Shown here: piece after piece, positions 48,279 to 59,998 of the stretch
How the letters are laid out: each line of letters begins with the position of its first letter
Numbering within the stretch: the stretch's first letter is position 1
Origin: Leucobacter sp.
GTDB taxonomy: Bacteria > Actinomycetota > Actinomycetes > Actinomycetales > Microbacteriaceae
Assembly: GCA_047973175.1 (NCBI GenBank)
Contig: JBKEBN010000105.1
Location: forward strand, 2,452 to 66,451
Reading direction: 5' to 3'
Length of the DNA: 64,000 bases
The notes under the pieces: generated by a model
Told to the model about the DNA's origin: nothing
Seen by the model: the letters and a program-made list of their open reading frames with translations, nothing else
Database searches by the model: none
Position numbers and translations under genes: made by a program

Positions 48279-49766
48279 ATGGGTGAAACAGGAGCAGTGT
48301 TGCCTCAGCTCATCAGCGTCTCGGATTTCGAGGGCAGGATCTTCATCGACGGAGAGTGGGTCGAAGGGGCGGGCGGGAGCATTCCGTCCGTGGAGCCCGC
48401 AACCGGCGAGACACTGGCCGAGGTCGGTCTGGCGGGGGTCGAAGACGTGCGCCGGGCTACGCAGAGCGCCGCGGCAGCGCAGAAGGAGTGGGCGGCGCTG
48501 CCGCACCCGGCCCGTGCCGCGGTGCTCCGTCGTGCGGGTGCCCTCTGGGAGGCCTACTCGGAGGAGATCGGAGGATGGAACGTGCGGGAGGTCGGAGCGA
48601 TTCCGCCGCTCGCCGGTTTCGCGCTGCACGTCTCAGCTTCCGAATGCTACGAGGCGGCGGCGCTGCCGTCTGCGCCCCTCGGGACGATCCTGTCGAGCGA
48701 GGAGCCGCGGATCTCGCTTGCCGAGCACGTGCCGGTGGGGGTCGTCGCCGTCATCTCGCCGTTCAACGTGCCGCTGATCCTCGGCATCCGCGCCGTCGCT
48801 CCCGCGCTCGCGCTGGGCAACGCGGTGCTGCTGAAGCCGGATCCCCGCACCGTCATCACCGGCGGTGTCGCGCTGGTGCGCATCTTCGAAGAGGCGGGCC
48901 TGCCCAAGGGGCTGCTGCAGCTGGTCCCCGGCGGAGCCGAGGTCGGCGAAGCGCTTGTGACCGATCCGCTCGTGCGCGTGATCGCTTTCACTGGGTCGAC
49001 TCGGGCCGGTCGGAGCGTGGGCGAGCTCGCGGGTCGCCACCTCAAGCGCGCGCATCTCGAACTCGGCGGCAACTCGGCATTCATCGTTCGCGAGGACGCC
49101 GACGTCGATCAGGCCGTCAACCTCGCGACCTGGGGAGCGTTCCTGCACCAGGGCCAGATCTGCATGACCGTCGGCCGCCACATCGTGCACGAGTCGCGCT
49201 TCGACGAGTATGTCGCCAAACTCGCGGCGAAGGCCGACTCGATGGTGGTCGGTGATCCCGCAACGGATCACGTGCATCTGGGGCCGCTGATCGATGAGAC
49301 GCAGCGGGATCGCGTGCACGCCCTCGTCGAGGCGGCCGTCTCCGCCGGGGCGACGCTCGCAGCGGGCGGCAGCTACGAGGGGCTCTTCTATCGGCCGACG
49401 GTGCTTGCGAACCCGCCGCGCGAGGCGTCCGCATACTGCGACGAGGTGTTCGGCCCGGTCGCATCGGTGATCTCCTACGCGACCGATGACGAGGCGGTCG
49501 CGCTCGCCTCCGACACCGAGTACGGACTGGCGCTCGGCATCGTCAGCCGCGACGCGCTCGGCGCGCTGGAGCTCGCGCGCCGCATCCCGACCGGCATCGT
49601 GCACATCAACGACCAGACCGTCAACGACGAGGCGAACACGCCCTTCGGCGGCGTCGGCTCCTCGGGAACGGGATCGCGCCACGGCGGTGCCGCGGCGAAC
49701 ATCGACGCATTCACCGAGACCCGGTGGATCACGATGCGCCGCCAACCGGGGCAGTACCCGCTCTGA
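48279..49766 (+). CDS. Benzaldehyde/vanillin dehydrogenase-like ALDH (XylC family)
   Basis: VISPFNVPLILGIRAVAPALALGNAVLLKPD, LELGGN, HQGQICM, VHINDQTV. Confidence 0.88.
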   Translation: MGETGAVLPQLISVSDFEGRIFIDGEWVEGAGGSIPSVEPATGETLAEVGLAGVEDVRRATQSAAAAQKEWAALPHPARAAVLRRAGALWEAYSEEIGGWNVREVGAIPPLAGFALHVSASECYEAAALPSAPLGTILSSEEPRISLAEHVPVGVVAVISPFNVPLILGIRAVAPALALGNAVLLKPDPRTVITGGVALVRIFEEAGLPKGLLQLVPGGAEVGEALVTDPLVRVIAFTGSTRAGRSVGELAGRHLKRAHLELGGNSAFIVREDADVDQAVNLATWGAFLHQGQICMTVGRHIVHESRFDEYVAKLAAKADSMVVGDPATDHVHLGPLIDETQRDRVHALVEAAVSAGATLAAGGSYEGLFYRPTVLANPPREASAYCDEVFGPVASVISYATDDEAVALASDTEYGLALGIVSRDALGALELARRIPTGIVHINDQTVNDEANTPFGGVGSSGTGSRHGGAAANIDAFTETRWITMRRQPGQYPL

Positions 49767-49854
49767 TCCTCGTCTTGCGTGCGGCGGGCGCAGCCCTTCT
49801 CTTCATCTTTGAGGTGAGTCGAGTCGCCCTCTGGTAATCGTCGATGCCATGCGT

Positions 49855-49882
49855 TAAACTTGAGTCAATATCACTCAAGTTT
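49855..49882. promoter_or_regulatory. HAIR operator (HspR site) overlapping a -10 box
   Basis: CTTGAGT-N7-ACTCAAG at 49859-49879, exact HAIR consensus; TAAACT at 49855; upstream of clpB. Confidence 0.93.
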
Positions 49883-49967
49883 GAGTATCAGTCGAATTGG
49901 CGGGTGGCTTCCGCGATCCGGCTGCAATGGTTGGCGAGCTGTGCTCGCCGCAGACGCAAGGAGCAAT

Positions 49968-52223
<2,256 letters not shown>

Positions 52224-52227
52224 CCGG

Positions 52228-52369
52228 CTATTCCCACTTATCCTCTTAAGTGGGAATAGTGGCGACACTGTTCCCACTTAAGAGATTCGCGCGAGCAGCC
52301 GCGCGAATCTGTGAGTCGCTTTCTGCCGCTTCGGATTGGGACGAAGCGGCAGAAAGCGACTCACAGATT
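52228..52369. repeat. Cluster of overlapping inverted repeats
   Basis: TTCCCACTTA unit three times in alternating orientation; 11-bp stem 52283-52310; perfect 28-bp stem 52306-52369. Confidence 0.85.
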
Positions 52370-52403
52370 GAGGCGTAGACCATCGTGGTGAGGAGCGACG
52401 TTG

Positions 52404-53603
52404 ATGCCAACTCTGAGATTGCCGCCGCACCGCGAGGAGTCGGCACCGTGGGCGTTTCGCAAGACTCTTCGGGGCATCGTCTCATATCGTGCCGCGGTGC
52501 CTTCGAGTATCGCGGAGATCGACTTCGTCACTCCGCCCGCATATGCCGACGCGAGTCGCGAGCTGGCGGCGCGAATTGCCGACCTGGAAGCCCGCGCAGT
52601 GCCCGCGTTCGCCTCGCTCGAGCCGTTCTTGGTGCGCACGGAAGCAGTCGCCTCTTCACGAATCGAAGACGAGATCACCACGGTCGACCAGTTCGCACGG
52701 GCTGAGGCGGGACGCAGGGCTTCCCCGACCGCGCGTACGGTGCACGGAGCCGCACGGGCGGTGCTGCGGCTCATCGCGGCCGGTGGTGAGGGGTCGATCT
52801 CAGAGCGCGATGTGCTGGCTGCGCACGGTGCCTTGATGGGTGGTGATCCCTCAGAGTCGATGCACGCCGGCAGTTTTCGCGAGGTGCAGAACTGGATCGG
52901 TGGGCCGGGCGCTCACCCCGTCGGTGCAGACTATGTGCCGCCCGTTCCGGGGCGCGTGCTGGAACTCACGGCAGATCTCTTCGAATTTATGGCGCGCGAC
53001 GATGTCGATCCGCTCGCGCAGACTGCGATTGCCCACGCGCAGTTCGAATCGATACATCCGTTCGTCGACGGCAACGGCAGGATCGGTCGGGCGCTGATCA
53101 ACGCACAGCTGCGGAGGCGCGGTATGACCCGCAGGCTGTCTGTGCCGGTGGCTGCGGTGCTGTCGGCCGAGCGGGATCGCTATTTCAGCGCCCTGATCGA
53201 CTATCGAAGTGGAGCGGTCTCCCCGATCCTCGACGTCATTTCGGATGCGATAGGTGAAGCGGTAGAGCAGTCGGGCGAGTCGATGGATCGCCTCGCCGAA
53301 TACCCGGAGGCGTGGCTGCAACAACTGCGCCCGAGGGCCGGTTCCGCTGTGTCGAAGGTACTGCCGATGCTGCCGGACCATCCCATCTTCGATGTCGACG
53401 ACATCGAGGCCATTGCGGGGGTTTCCGAGTCAGCGGCCTATCGCGCGATCGAGACCCTTGAGGGTGCCGGTGTGGTGCGCCGCCTCGTGAGCTCCAAAAG
53501 GGACGGTCTCTGGGGCGCATCGGTGATTCTTGATGAGGCGGACCACCTGATCGCACGCATCGCGAACAGGCACCACGGTCTGCCCGTTCAACGGTCTCGG
53601 TGA
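52404..53603 (+). CDS. Fic-domain protein
   Basis: HAQFESIHPFVDGNGRIGR; SSRIE inhibitory-type motif; C-terminal HTH-like region. Confidence 0.92.
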   Translation: MPTLRLPPHREESAPWAFRKTLRGIVSYRAAVPSSIAEIDFVTPPAYADASRELAARIADLEARAVPAFASLEPFLVRTEAVASSRIEDEITTVDQFARAEAGRRASPTARTVHGAARAVLRLIAAGGEGSISERDVLAAHGALMGGDPSESMHAGSFREVQNWIGGPGAHPVGADYVPPVPGRVLELTADLFEFMARDDVDPLAQTAIAHAQFESIHPFVDGNGRIGRALINAQLRRRGMTRRLSVPVAAVLSAERDRYFSALIDYRSGAVSPILDVISDAIGEAVEQSGESMDRLAEYPEAWLQQLRPRAGSAVSKVLPMLPDHPIFDVDDIEAIAGVSESAAYRAIETLEGAGVVRRLVSSKRDGLWGASVILDEADHLIARIANRHHGLPVQRSR

Positions 53604-53614
53604 GTGAACGCTGC

Positions 53615-54550
53615 TCAGGCTCGGGAGACTCCGGTCCACGCGGGAAGGGTGCGGCACATGTCTTTCGCAACGTTCAGCAGAACCGAGGTTCTCCGAAGCT
53701 GGTTGCTCGCGTGGGAGACGAGGAACACCTTGACGGGATCGACCGGTGGGCGGATCTCCAGGCATTTCACCTCACTGCCATCGAAGTTGAAGCAGTGCGA
53801 CTGGCGCTGCATCAAGACCGTATATCCGAGCCCTCGGCCAACGAGCGCGCGGGTAAGGTCGATCTCGTGGGTCACCCATCGGACCCGGGGGCTGACTCCG
53901 GCTGCTTCGAACCAGGACATAATCCTGCCGTCATTGGCACCGACGGTAATCAGGATGAGCGGATCGTTTTCCAGTTCCGCAAGGCTTACGCTCTCACGAT
54001 CCGCGAACCGGTGATCGAGCGGAACGAGCACGTACGGTGCACGGGATGCCACGTGGACGGAATGCAGATCTGGGTGCGTGGACTCAAGATATCCCAGTGC
54101 GGCATCGATGACTCCATCGAGCAGCATCTTCTGGAGCTCATCGTCGTCGCCTTCGACCAGGGCGATATCGACGTGAGGAAACTCCGCGGCGAACCTCTCC
54201 ATGAGCGGAGGAAGAAACGTCGTGGAGAGCGGCATGTGATAGCCCAGCCGGAAGGTTCCGGTGAGCTGTCCTGTGTTCTGCTCGCTCAGCAAGTGGGAGA
54301 TTTCGGATGCGTCGCTCAGCAGCTGTGATGCAAGACGTTCGAGCAATTCTCCCTCCGGCGTGAGTGTGACTCCCCGGCCTTTGCGTCTCACGCACAGGTC
54401 GGTGTCGATCGCTCGTTCGAGTTCCTTGATCGCAGCAGACGTGGCCGAGGGGGAGAGATGCAGCAGTTCTCCGGCTCGTGTGACGTTGGCAGTGCGGGCG
54501 ACAGCGACGAAAACCTCGAGCTGACGCAGGGTGAACTTCGGTACAGTCAT
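53615..54550 (-). CDS. LysR-family regulator
   Basis: FTLRQLEVFVAVA, LHLSPSATSAAIKELE, VTLTPEG, LVGRGLG. Confidence 0.93.
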   Translation of the reverse strand: MTVPKFTLRQLEVFVAVARTANVTRAGELLHLSPSATSAAIKELERAIDTDLCVRRKGRGVTLTPEGELLERLASQLLSDASEISHLLSEQNTGQLTGTFRLGYHMPLSTTFLPPLMERFAAEFPHVDIALVEGDDDELQKMLLDGVIDAALGYLESTHPDLHSVHVASRAPYVLVPLDHRFADRESVSLAELENDPLILITVGANDGRIMSWFEAAGVSPRVRWVTHEIDLTRALVGRGLGYTVLMQRQSHCFNFDGSEVKCLEIRPPVDPVKVFLVSHASNQLRRTSVLLNVAKDMCRTLPAWTGVSRA

Positions 54551-54566
54551 GTCTCCAGGCTAGGCC

Positions 54567-55373
54567 CTAGGCAGCCTCCGCCGACCTCGGCTTCGCGTCG
54601 GCAAGAATGCGATAGGAGAGGCCTGCAGCGGTCAGGCCGCCATCGACGGCGATCTCCGAGCCGGTGATGTAGGCAGCCTGATCTGATAGCAGGTAGAGCA
54701 CGGTGTTGGCGAGTTCGGAAGGTTCGCACGTCCGCTGAGCGGGCACGGTGCGGAGCGTGGCGTTGATGAAATCTGTGTCGCCCTGCTGCCACATGAGCGG
54801 GGTCTCGATGGGACCGGGATGGATCGAGTTGACGCGAATGCCGAACTCGGCGAACTCGGCCGACGCGGTTTTGGTCAGGCCGCGCACGGCCCACTTGGTC
54901 GCGGTGTACGAGGCCGACATGTACCCTATGAGGCCCCACACGGAAGAGGTGTTCACGATCGAGGCGGATCCCGCGGCAGCCAGAGCGGGCTGGAGGAATT
55001 TCATGCCGTAGAAGATGCCGGAGAGGTTGGTATCGAGAACGCGATGCCAGTTGTCGACTGTGGTGTTGGTGACGCCGACGCGATGGCTGATTCCTGCGTT
55101 GTTCACGAGGCCGTGCAAGAGGCCGTCGCCATGCTCGCCGACCCGGGCAGCCAGTCCCTCCCACGAGGAGGGATCAGCGACATCAAGCGGGAAGGTGCGC
55201 CCCTCCCCACCTGCCGAAGAGACCTCGAGGGCGATCGCCTCGGCCTTCTGGCTGTCGCGGCCCGCGACCCATACAGTTGCGCCCTCTTCGCCGAGGGCGA
55301 CGCACTGCGCCGCGCCAATACCGCCGTAGCCGCCGGTGATGACGAAGGACCGGCCCTCGAATCTCTTGCTCAC
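54567..55373 (-). CDS. SDR oxidoreductase (3-alpha,20-beta-HSD-like)
   Basis: TGGYGGIG, NNAG, YTATKWAVRGLTK, IRVNSIHPG; GTG start with RBS GAGGGAG. Confidence 0.9.
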   Translation of the reverse strand: MSKRFEGRSFVITGGYGGIGAAQCVALGEEGATVWVAGRDSQKAEAIALEVSSAGGEGRTFPLDVADPSSWEGLAARVGEHGDGLLHGLVNNAGISHRVGVTNTTVDNWHRVLDTNLSGIFYGMKFLQPALAAAGSASIVNTSSVWGLIGYMSASYTATKWAVRGLTKTASAEFAEFGIRVNSIHPGPIETPLMWQQGDTDFINATLRTVPAQRTCEPSELANTVLYLLSDQAAYITGSEIAVDGGLTAAGLSYRILADAKPRSAEAA

Positions 55374-55510
55374 TGCGTATCTCCCTCGGCTCATCCATCG
55401 GTCGCAACTCATCGGTGCGGATTCACACATGCTGTCAGCCGACTGATTTGCTGTCCAGCTCGCACCGCCTTCCGCCCGTGGGCGTTTCTCGAAGAGCCCG
55501 GCTGTGAGGG

Positions 55511-55572
55511 TTGACACTTTGTGCCCTGTGGTGGACAATCGGAGATTTATGTCTGAAGGGACGTCTGCCGAT
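55511..55572 (+). promoter_or_regulatory. Candidate promoter with overlapping inverted repeat
   Basis: TTGACA-17-GACAAT; ATCGGAGA...TCTGCCGAT. Confidence 0.4.
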
Positions 55573-55596
55573 CTCCTGAAAGTGATGAGGTTTAAT

Positions 55597-56826
55597 GTGC
55601 TGAGCAGGGATTTTCCGAGTGCTAGTGGTATCGCCCAGGTGATGAGCCGTGCCGCTGTCGATCCCGAATTTATCAGGGTGTTCAGCGGTTTTTCCGCAGA
55701 AGTAATGCTGATAGTTGAGATGTCCCCGCTCACGCTCGTCTTCGAGCGAGGCCGGTTGACGGAGGTGCGCAAGGGTCAATCGGAGAGACCTTTCGCCACA
55801 CTCGCGGGTTCGCGGGCAGCCTGGGAGCGTGCGCTCGCGCTTGCTCCCGACGTGTCTGCGTGCACCTCTTCCGAACTCGGCGGTCTGCGGCTCGAGGGCG
55901 ACGTATTTGAGCTGGGTGGTCGATCGATGGCGCTGCGCGCGCTGTGGATTGTCCTGCGCGACTGCGCTGGCATCTTTAGATCGCTCGGCGATCCGGTACC
56001 CGATCCAGCACCTCAGAGTCAGTACGAGATCGTTGGAAGATACATCGACGTGCGTGGCTATCGAACCTACTATGAGAGTTCGGGGGACGGACCCGTGGTC
56101 GTCTGCTTCCACACTGCCGGAGCTGATGGGCGGGAGTACCGGCACCTGTTGCCGGCCCTCGCCGAGCGCGGCTACCGAGGGATTGCCGTCGATCTGCCGG
56201 GCCACGGCAAGTCGTATCCCGATCTGGAGACGCTCGGCATGATTGACTCTGGGGCCGACCTCGTCGATTTTATCCTCGACTTCGGGCGTGCATTGCGGCT
56301 TGATCACCCTGTACTTCTCGGCTGCGCGATGAGCGGAAGTCTACTGCTGCGCCTCGCGGTCGAGCATCCCGAAGCTGTGCGGGCTGTCATCGGCGCAGCG
56401 GCGAATACCGATTTTACGAGTGCCGCGAGCCCCGACTACACCGCCACGATGACGCACCCGCTGGTTAGCGTGGCAGACTTCATGCAGTCTCAGACGGATG
56501 GTCTGATAGCCCCGGGATTGCCCCGCAACCGATACCACGAGAGCGTCTGGCAGAACGCGCGCAACATGACACCTGAGGTGATGAGCGCGGCGATCGGCAT
56601 CTACATGCAGCACGACGTTCGAGACCGTCTGAGCGAGTTGAGGGTGCCGTTCCTCCACCTCTACGGTGAGTTCGATATCAGCATCAGCGCGGAGAGCATA
56701 GCCGCGCTTGCTGCGCTCGGCCCGCACGTTCGTTCCGTGCCGCTGAGCGGTGTGGGGCACTTGCCGATGGTCGAAGATCCCGAACAATTCAATGAAGCCG
56801 TGATCGAGTTTCTCCGCAGCCTGTGA
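55597..56826 (+). CDS. Alpha/beta hydrolase-fold protein with extra N-terminal domain and Ala at the nucleophile position (start uncertain)
   Basis: YYESSGDG, FHTAGADG, DLPGHGKS, LLGCAMSG, GEFD, GHLPMVEDP. Confidence 0.82.
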   Translation: MLSRDFPSASGIAQVMSRAAVDPEFIRVFSGFSAEVMLIVEMSPLTLVFERGRLTEVRKGQSERPFATLAGSRAAWERALALAPDVSACTSSELGGLRLEGDVFELGGRSMALRALWIVLRDCAGIFRSLGDPVPDPAPQSQYEIVGRYIDVRGYRTYYESSGDGPVVVCFHTAGADGREYRHLLPALAERGYRGIAVDLPGHGKSYPDLETLGMIDSGADLVDFILDFGRALRLDHPVLLGCAMSGSLLLRLAVEHPEAVRAVIGAAANTDFTSAASPDYTATMTHPLVSVADFMQSQTDGLIAPGLPRNRYHESVWQNARNMTPEVMSAAIGIYMQHDVRDRLSELRVPFLHLYGEFDISISAESIAALAALGPHVRSVPLSGVGHLPMVEDPEQFNEAVIEFLRSL

Positions 56827-56831
56827 AGAAC

Positions 56832-56868
56832 CGGATGCGGCCGCGCGAAGACCGCTCGGCCGCATCCG
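56832..56868 (+). other. Intercistronic hairpin
   Basis: CGGATGCGGCCG / CGGCCGCATCCG. Confidence 0.55.
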
Positions 56869-56923
56869 CCTCAGTGCATCTCACTCCATTCCTCAGCCAA
56901 GATCTCGAAAGGAAATACCTGAA

Positions 56924-57760
56924 ATGAGCAACGACTTCCAAGTCCTCGGCCTGTGCCGCACGCAGGTCGGTGATGCGACCGTCACGGCGCTTACCGACTG
57001 CGTTGTGCCCTTCGACCAGGAGATCTTGATCCTCCCCGATGGAGCCGACGCATCATCGTCCGAGTACCGGACTTCGGGGCATGTCTCGATCAACGCATTC
57101 CTCGTTCAGACCGGTGCGCACACGGTGCTGATCGATTCGGGTTTCGGCCACGAGGGCAAGGGCTCGACCGGTGAACTGCTGGAGAAACTTGCAGAGGTGG
57201 GCGTTGCTTCCGGCGACATCACGGCGGTTCTTCTTACGCACCTGCACGTCGACCACGTTGCGGGGATCGTAGACGACTGCGGGCGACCTCAATTCCCCAA
57301 TGCCCAGCTCGTATTGCATTCTGAAGAATACGGATTCTGGATCGACGGTGCTGAGCAAGTGCCCGACTCCCAGTTGAATCACCGTGAGGCCGCGCTGAGA
57401 GTGACCGCATACGGGGACAGGCTCTCGCTGCGAAGCGGTGGTGAGGTTGTACCTGGGATCGAGATGCTGCCACTGCCCGGGCATACGCCGGGCCACTCGG
57501 GATATCTGATCGGTCACGGGGATGAACGTCTGGTCATTTGGGGGGACATCATTCACCAGCCGACGTTGCAGTTCGCCAATCCGGATATCCGGGTCGTGTT
57601 CGACGTAAACGCGGATGAGGCCGAGCGAACTCGCGTCGCACTGTTCGAGCGCGTCATCGCTGAGGGGCTGCGTGTTGCGGGCCTGCATTTTGACCAGCCG
57701 GCCTTCGGCAGACTCTCGAGAACCGGAGAGGGGCGGTATTTGTTCCATCCAGAACGATGA
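56924..57760 (+). CDS. Metallo-beta-lactamase-fold hydrolase (MPH/lactonase-like)
   Basis: SINAFLV, LIDSG, THLHVDH, PGHTPGH, WGDIIH, GLHF. Confidence 0.9.
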   Translation: MSNDFQVLGLCRTQVGDATVTALTDCVVPFDQEILILPDGADASSSEYRTSGHVSINAFLVQTGAHTVLIDSGFGHEGKGSTGELLEKLAEVGVASGDITAVLLTHLHVDHVAGIVDDCGRPQFPNAQLVLHSEEYGFWIDGAEQVPDSQLNHREAALRVTAYGDRLSLRSGGEVVPGIEMLPLPGHTPGHSGYLIGHGDERLVIWGDIIHQPTLQFANPDIRVVFDVNADEAERTRVALFERVIAEGLRVAGLHFDQPAFGRLSRTGEGRYLFHPER

Positions 57761-57825
57761 TCCGCTGCGCGTAATGAGCCGCGCAGCATTCCAAGCCCTG
57801 CCGTTCATGCGCACTCAGAGGAGAA

Positions 57826-59175
57826 GTGTTGCGAGAGAGACTTTTCATCCCGACCCTCTCCATGGTGATGATCATCACCTCCATCGTGTCGAGCCTCGGA
57901 GCCCCGCTGATTCCGCAGATGGTGAGCTTCTACGGTGTACCGCTCGAAGTGGCTCAGTGGGTGCTCACGATCGCCATGCTCTCGGGTGCCGTGTCGAGTC
58001 CGCTCATCGGCCGCTTCGGCGCACCGGGCCGACAGCGCAGGTTGCTGCTGATCTGCCTCACTCTGGTTGCAGTCGGGCTGCTGCTCAGTGCGCTGCCGCT
58101 CGGGTTTCCCGTGCTACTCGCCGGCCGCGCGCTGCAGGGAATCGGTGTGGCACTCGCTCCTGTCGCAATGTCACTCGCGCGCGATGCGCTGGGAGCGGAG
58201 GCGTCCCTACCGGTCGTTGCGAGCCTTTCGGCCGCTCTTGTCGCCGGAGTTGGCCTCGGATACCCGATCTCATCATTGCTGGCCGGATTCATCGGAATCT
58301 CAGGTGCGTACTGGGTCGGATTCGCATTGGCCGCGCTCACGATGCTCCTCGTGCGGTTCGCGATCCCGACTGAAACCCGGGGGGCTCCGGTGGTGGTCGA
58401 CTGGTTGGGCGCGTTGCTGCTCATGGTCGGCAGTGGTGCGTTCCTCCTGATGCTCAGCCAGATTCACGGCTGGCCTCCGCTCCTCAGCGTCGCGATCGCG
58501 GTCAGCTCCGCTGCGCTGGTCGTGATCTGGGCCGTACGAAGCCTGAGGATCGGCGAACCGCTCATAGACCTGCGTCTTGCGGCGTCACCGAACGTACGTC
58601 TTGCGCACGTCGCTATCGTTCTGGTTGGTGCCGGCACCTATCTAATGATTCCGCTCGTTATTCTGGCGGGCCAGGACGAACGAGCCGCTGCTCTGCCTCA
58701 GATCCTCACAGGTGCTTTGATGATTCCTTACTCCCTGGTGAGTGTTGTCGGCGCGAAGGTCGCAGTTGTGCTGCGACGGTGGATCCCGCTTCCCGGCCTG
58801 CTCGCGATCGGTATGGTGTGTTACTTGATCGCCAACGGTGTTATGGCGCTGCAGCACTCGAACGCGTGGGCGCTGATCATTTGCATGGGGATTGCGGGGA
58901 TGGGCAGCGGGTTTTCATATGCGGTCATCGCGCAGATGGTGGTCAAGGCCGTACCCCGAACGGCGGTATCGAGCGCCCTCTCATTCAACATGCTGCTGCG
59001 GTATATCGGCTTCTCGATCGGGAGCGCACTCTGCCCAGTGCTGATCGAACTGTCGACCGGCCGCCTCGAGGTCGGGGAGCCGTATCGGGTCCCGTTTTTT
59101 GCGGCGGCCGGATGCTACGTGATCGGTCTTGCGCTCATGCTGGCCTGGGGCAGGGACAGGAGGGCTGCTTCCTGA
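57826..59175 (+). CDS. MFS transporter
   Basis: SSLGAPLIP, AQWVLT, LLAGRALQGIG, EPLIDLRL; many TM segments. Confidence 0.88.
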   Translation: MLRERLFIPTLSMVMIITSIVSSLGAPLIPQMVSFYGVPLEVAQWVLTIAMLSGAVSSPLIGRFGAPGRQRRLLLICLTLVAVGLLLSALPLGFPVLLAGRALQGIGVALAPVAMSLARDALGAEASLPVVASLSAALVAGVGLGYPISSLLAGFIGISGAYWVGFALAALTMLLVRFAIPTETRGAPVVVDWLGALLLMVGSGAFLLMLSQIHGWPPLLSVAIAVSSAALVVIWAVRSLRIGEPLIDLRLAASPNVRLAHVAIVLVGAGTYLMIPLVILAGQDERAAALPQILTGALMIPYSLVSVVGAKVAVVLRRWIPLPGLLAIGMVCYLIANGVMALQHSNAWALIICMGIAGMGSGFSYAVIAQMVVKAVPRTAVSSALSFNMLLRYIGFSIGSALCPVLIELSTGRLEVGEPYRVPFFAAAGCYVIGLALMLAWGRDRRAAS

Positions 59176-59241
59176 CTCTCCGCGCGCTCGCCACCTTGCG
59201 CAGCATCGATTCGCCGCCGGGTATGTCCAAGAGGGGTCGGC

Positions 59242-59904
59242 CTACAGCAGATACTCCTGTCCCCAGAGCCGGTTGGTGCCGTGGCTTTGGAAATGGCGGG
59301 TATCGTGCAAGATTTCCTCCCGGCCTCTCGGGGAGTCGAAGTATCGGTGTTCCATGCTTTTCGCATCGGGAAAATGGAGCACCGACAGGCCTCCGAGATT
59401 CGGGGCAGCCTGTGTGAGGGGTCCGTCGAACAGAATGCAGGAGTAGCGTCCGAGCCCGATGTGCACGCGTTCGGCGAGTGCACGGTGGTGCTTCCAGCTG
59501 CGCCTTGCCGCTTCGCGGCTGAGATCGTCATGGTAATACAGACCGCGGATTAGCTTGTAGCCATCGGAGGGCGAACCCCGATGGAGTGTATCCCGGCGGA
59601 AGACCTCGTCTTCCTGCGCTTGATAGCCGTGGAACCGGGCGATATCACCAACACTGCTCTTCAGATAGTCGAGTATGTCGGATGGACCGCGGTCCACCTG
59701 CTCGACGGTGAACAGGGCGTCGATCTCCTCGTCCGAGTTCCGTTCCATCCCACCGTAGATGGGTGGAATATCGGGCCTGGGCTGAGGCAGATCGAGCACC
59801 GCACTGCCCCCGAACCCGCGGAGCGTGGGCACCCCGTTCCGCAGCCGGCGGGAGAGCTCGGCCTGCTGGCCTTCGTAGGCTTGAAACATCACAACAAGAG
59901 ACAT
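59242..59904 (-). CDS. EthD-like (dimeric alpha-beta barrel) protein
   Basis: DLSREAARRSWKHHRALA, GLSVLHFPD, DTRHF; RBS GAGGAA. Confidence 0.6.
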   Translation of the reverse strand: MSLVVMFQAYEGQQAELSRRLRNGVPTLRGFGGSAVLDLPQPRPDIPPIYGGMERNSDEEIDALFTVEQVDRGPSDILDYLKSSVGDIARFHGYQAQEDEVFRRDTLHRGSPSDGYKLIRGLYYHDDLSREAARRSWKHHRALAERVHIGLGRYSCILFDGPLTQAAPNLGGLSVLHFPDAKSMEHRYFDSPRGREEILHDTRHFQSHGTNRLWGQEYLL

Positions 59905-59998
59905 ATCGTTTCCTCTTCCGGTCACCGTTCTTCTACGCGAGGTCGTTCTCCTGTGACGGCAGGGAAGCCCACGGTTGATGCGCCGTGCGGCGGCCGTA

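Noticed and set aside
49860..49967. 36-codon upstream extension of clpB as a remnant N-domain
   Set aside because: It begins inside the HAIR operator, shows no Clp-repeat similarity, and a good RBS precedes the ATG at 49968
52228..53620. Integrase or att site at the island boundary
   Set aside because: No integrase, tRNA or matching direct repeat is visible; the right end lies outside the window
56924..57760. Antibiotic-resistance metallo-beta-lactamase
   Set aside because: No signal peptide; motifs fit cytoplasmic MPH/lactonase-type hydrolases
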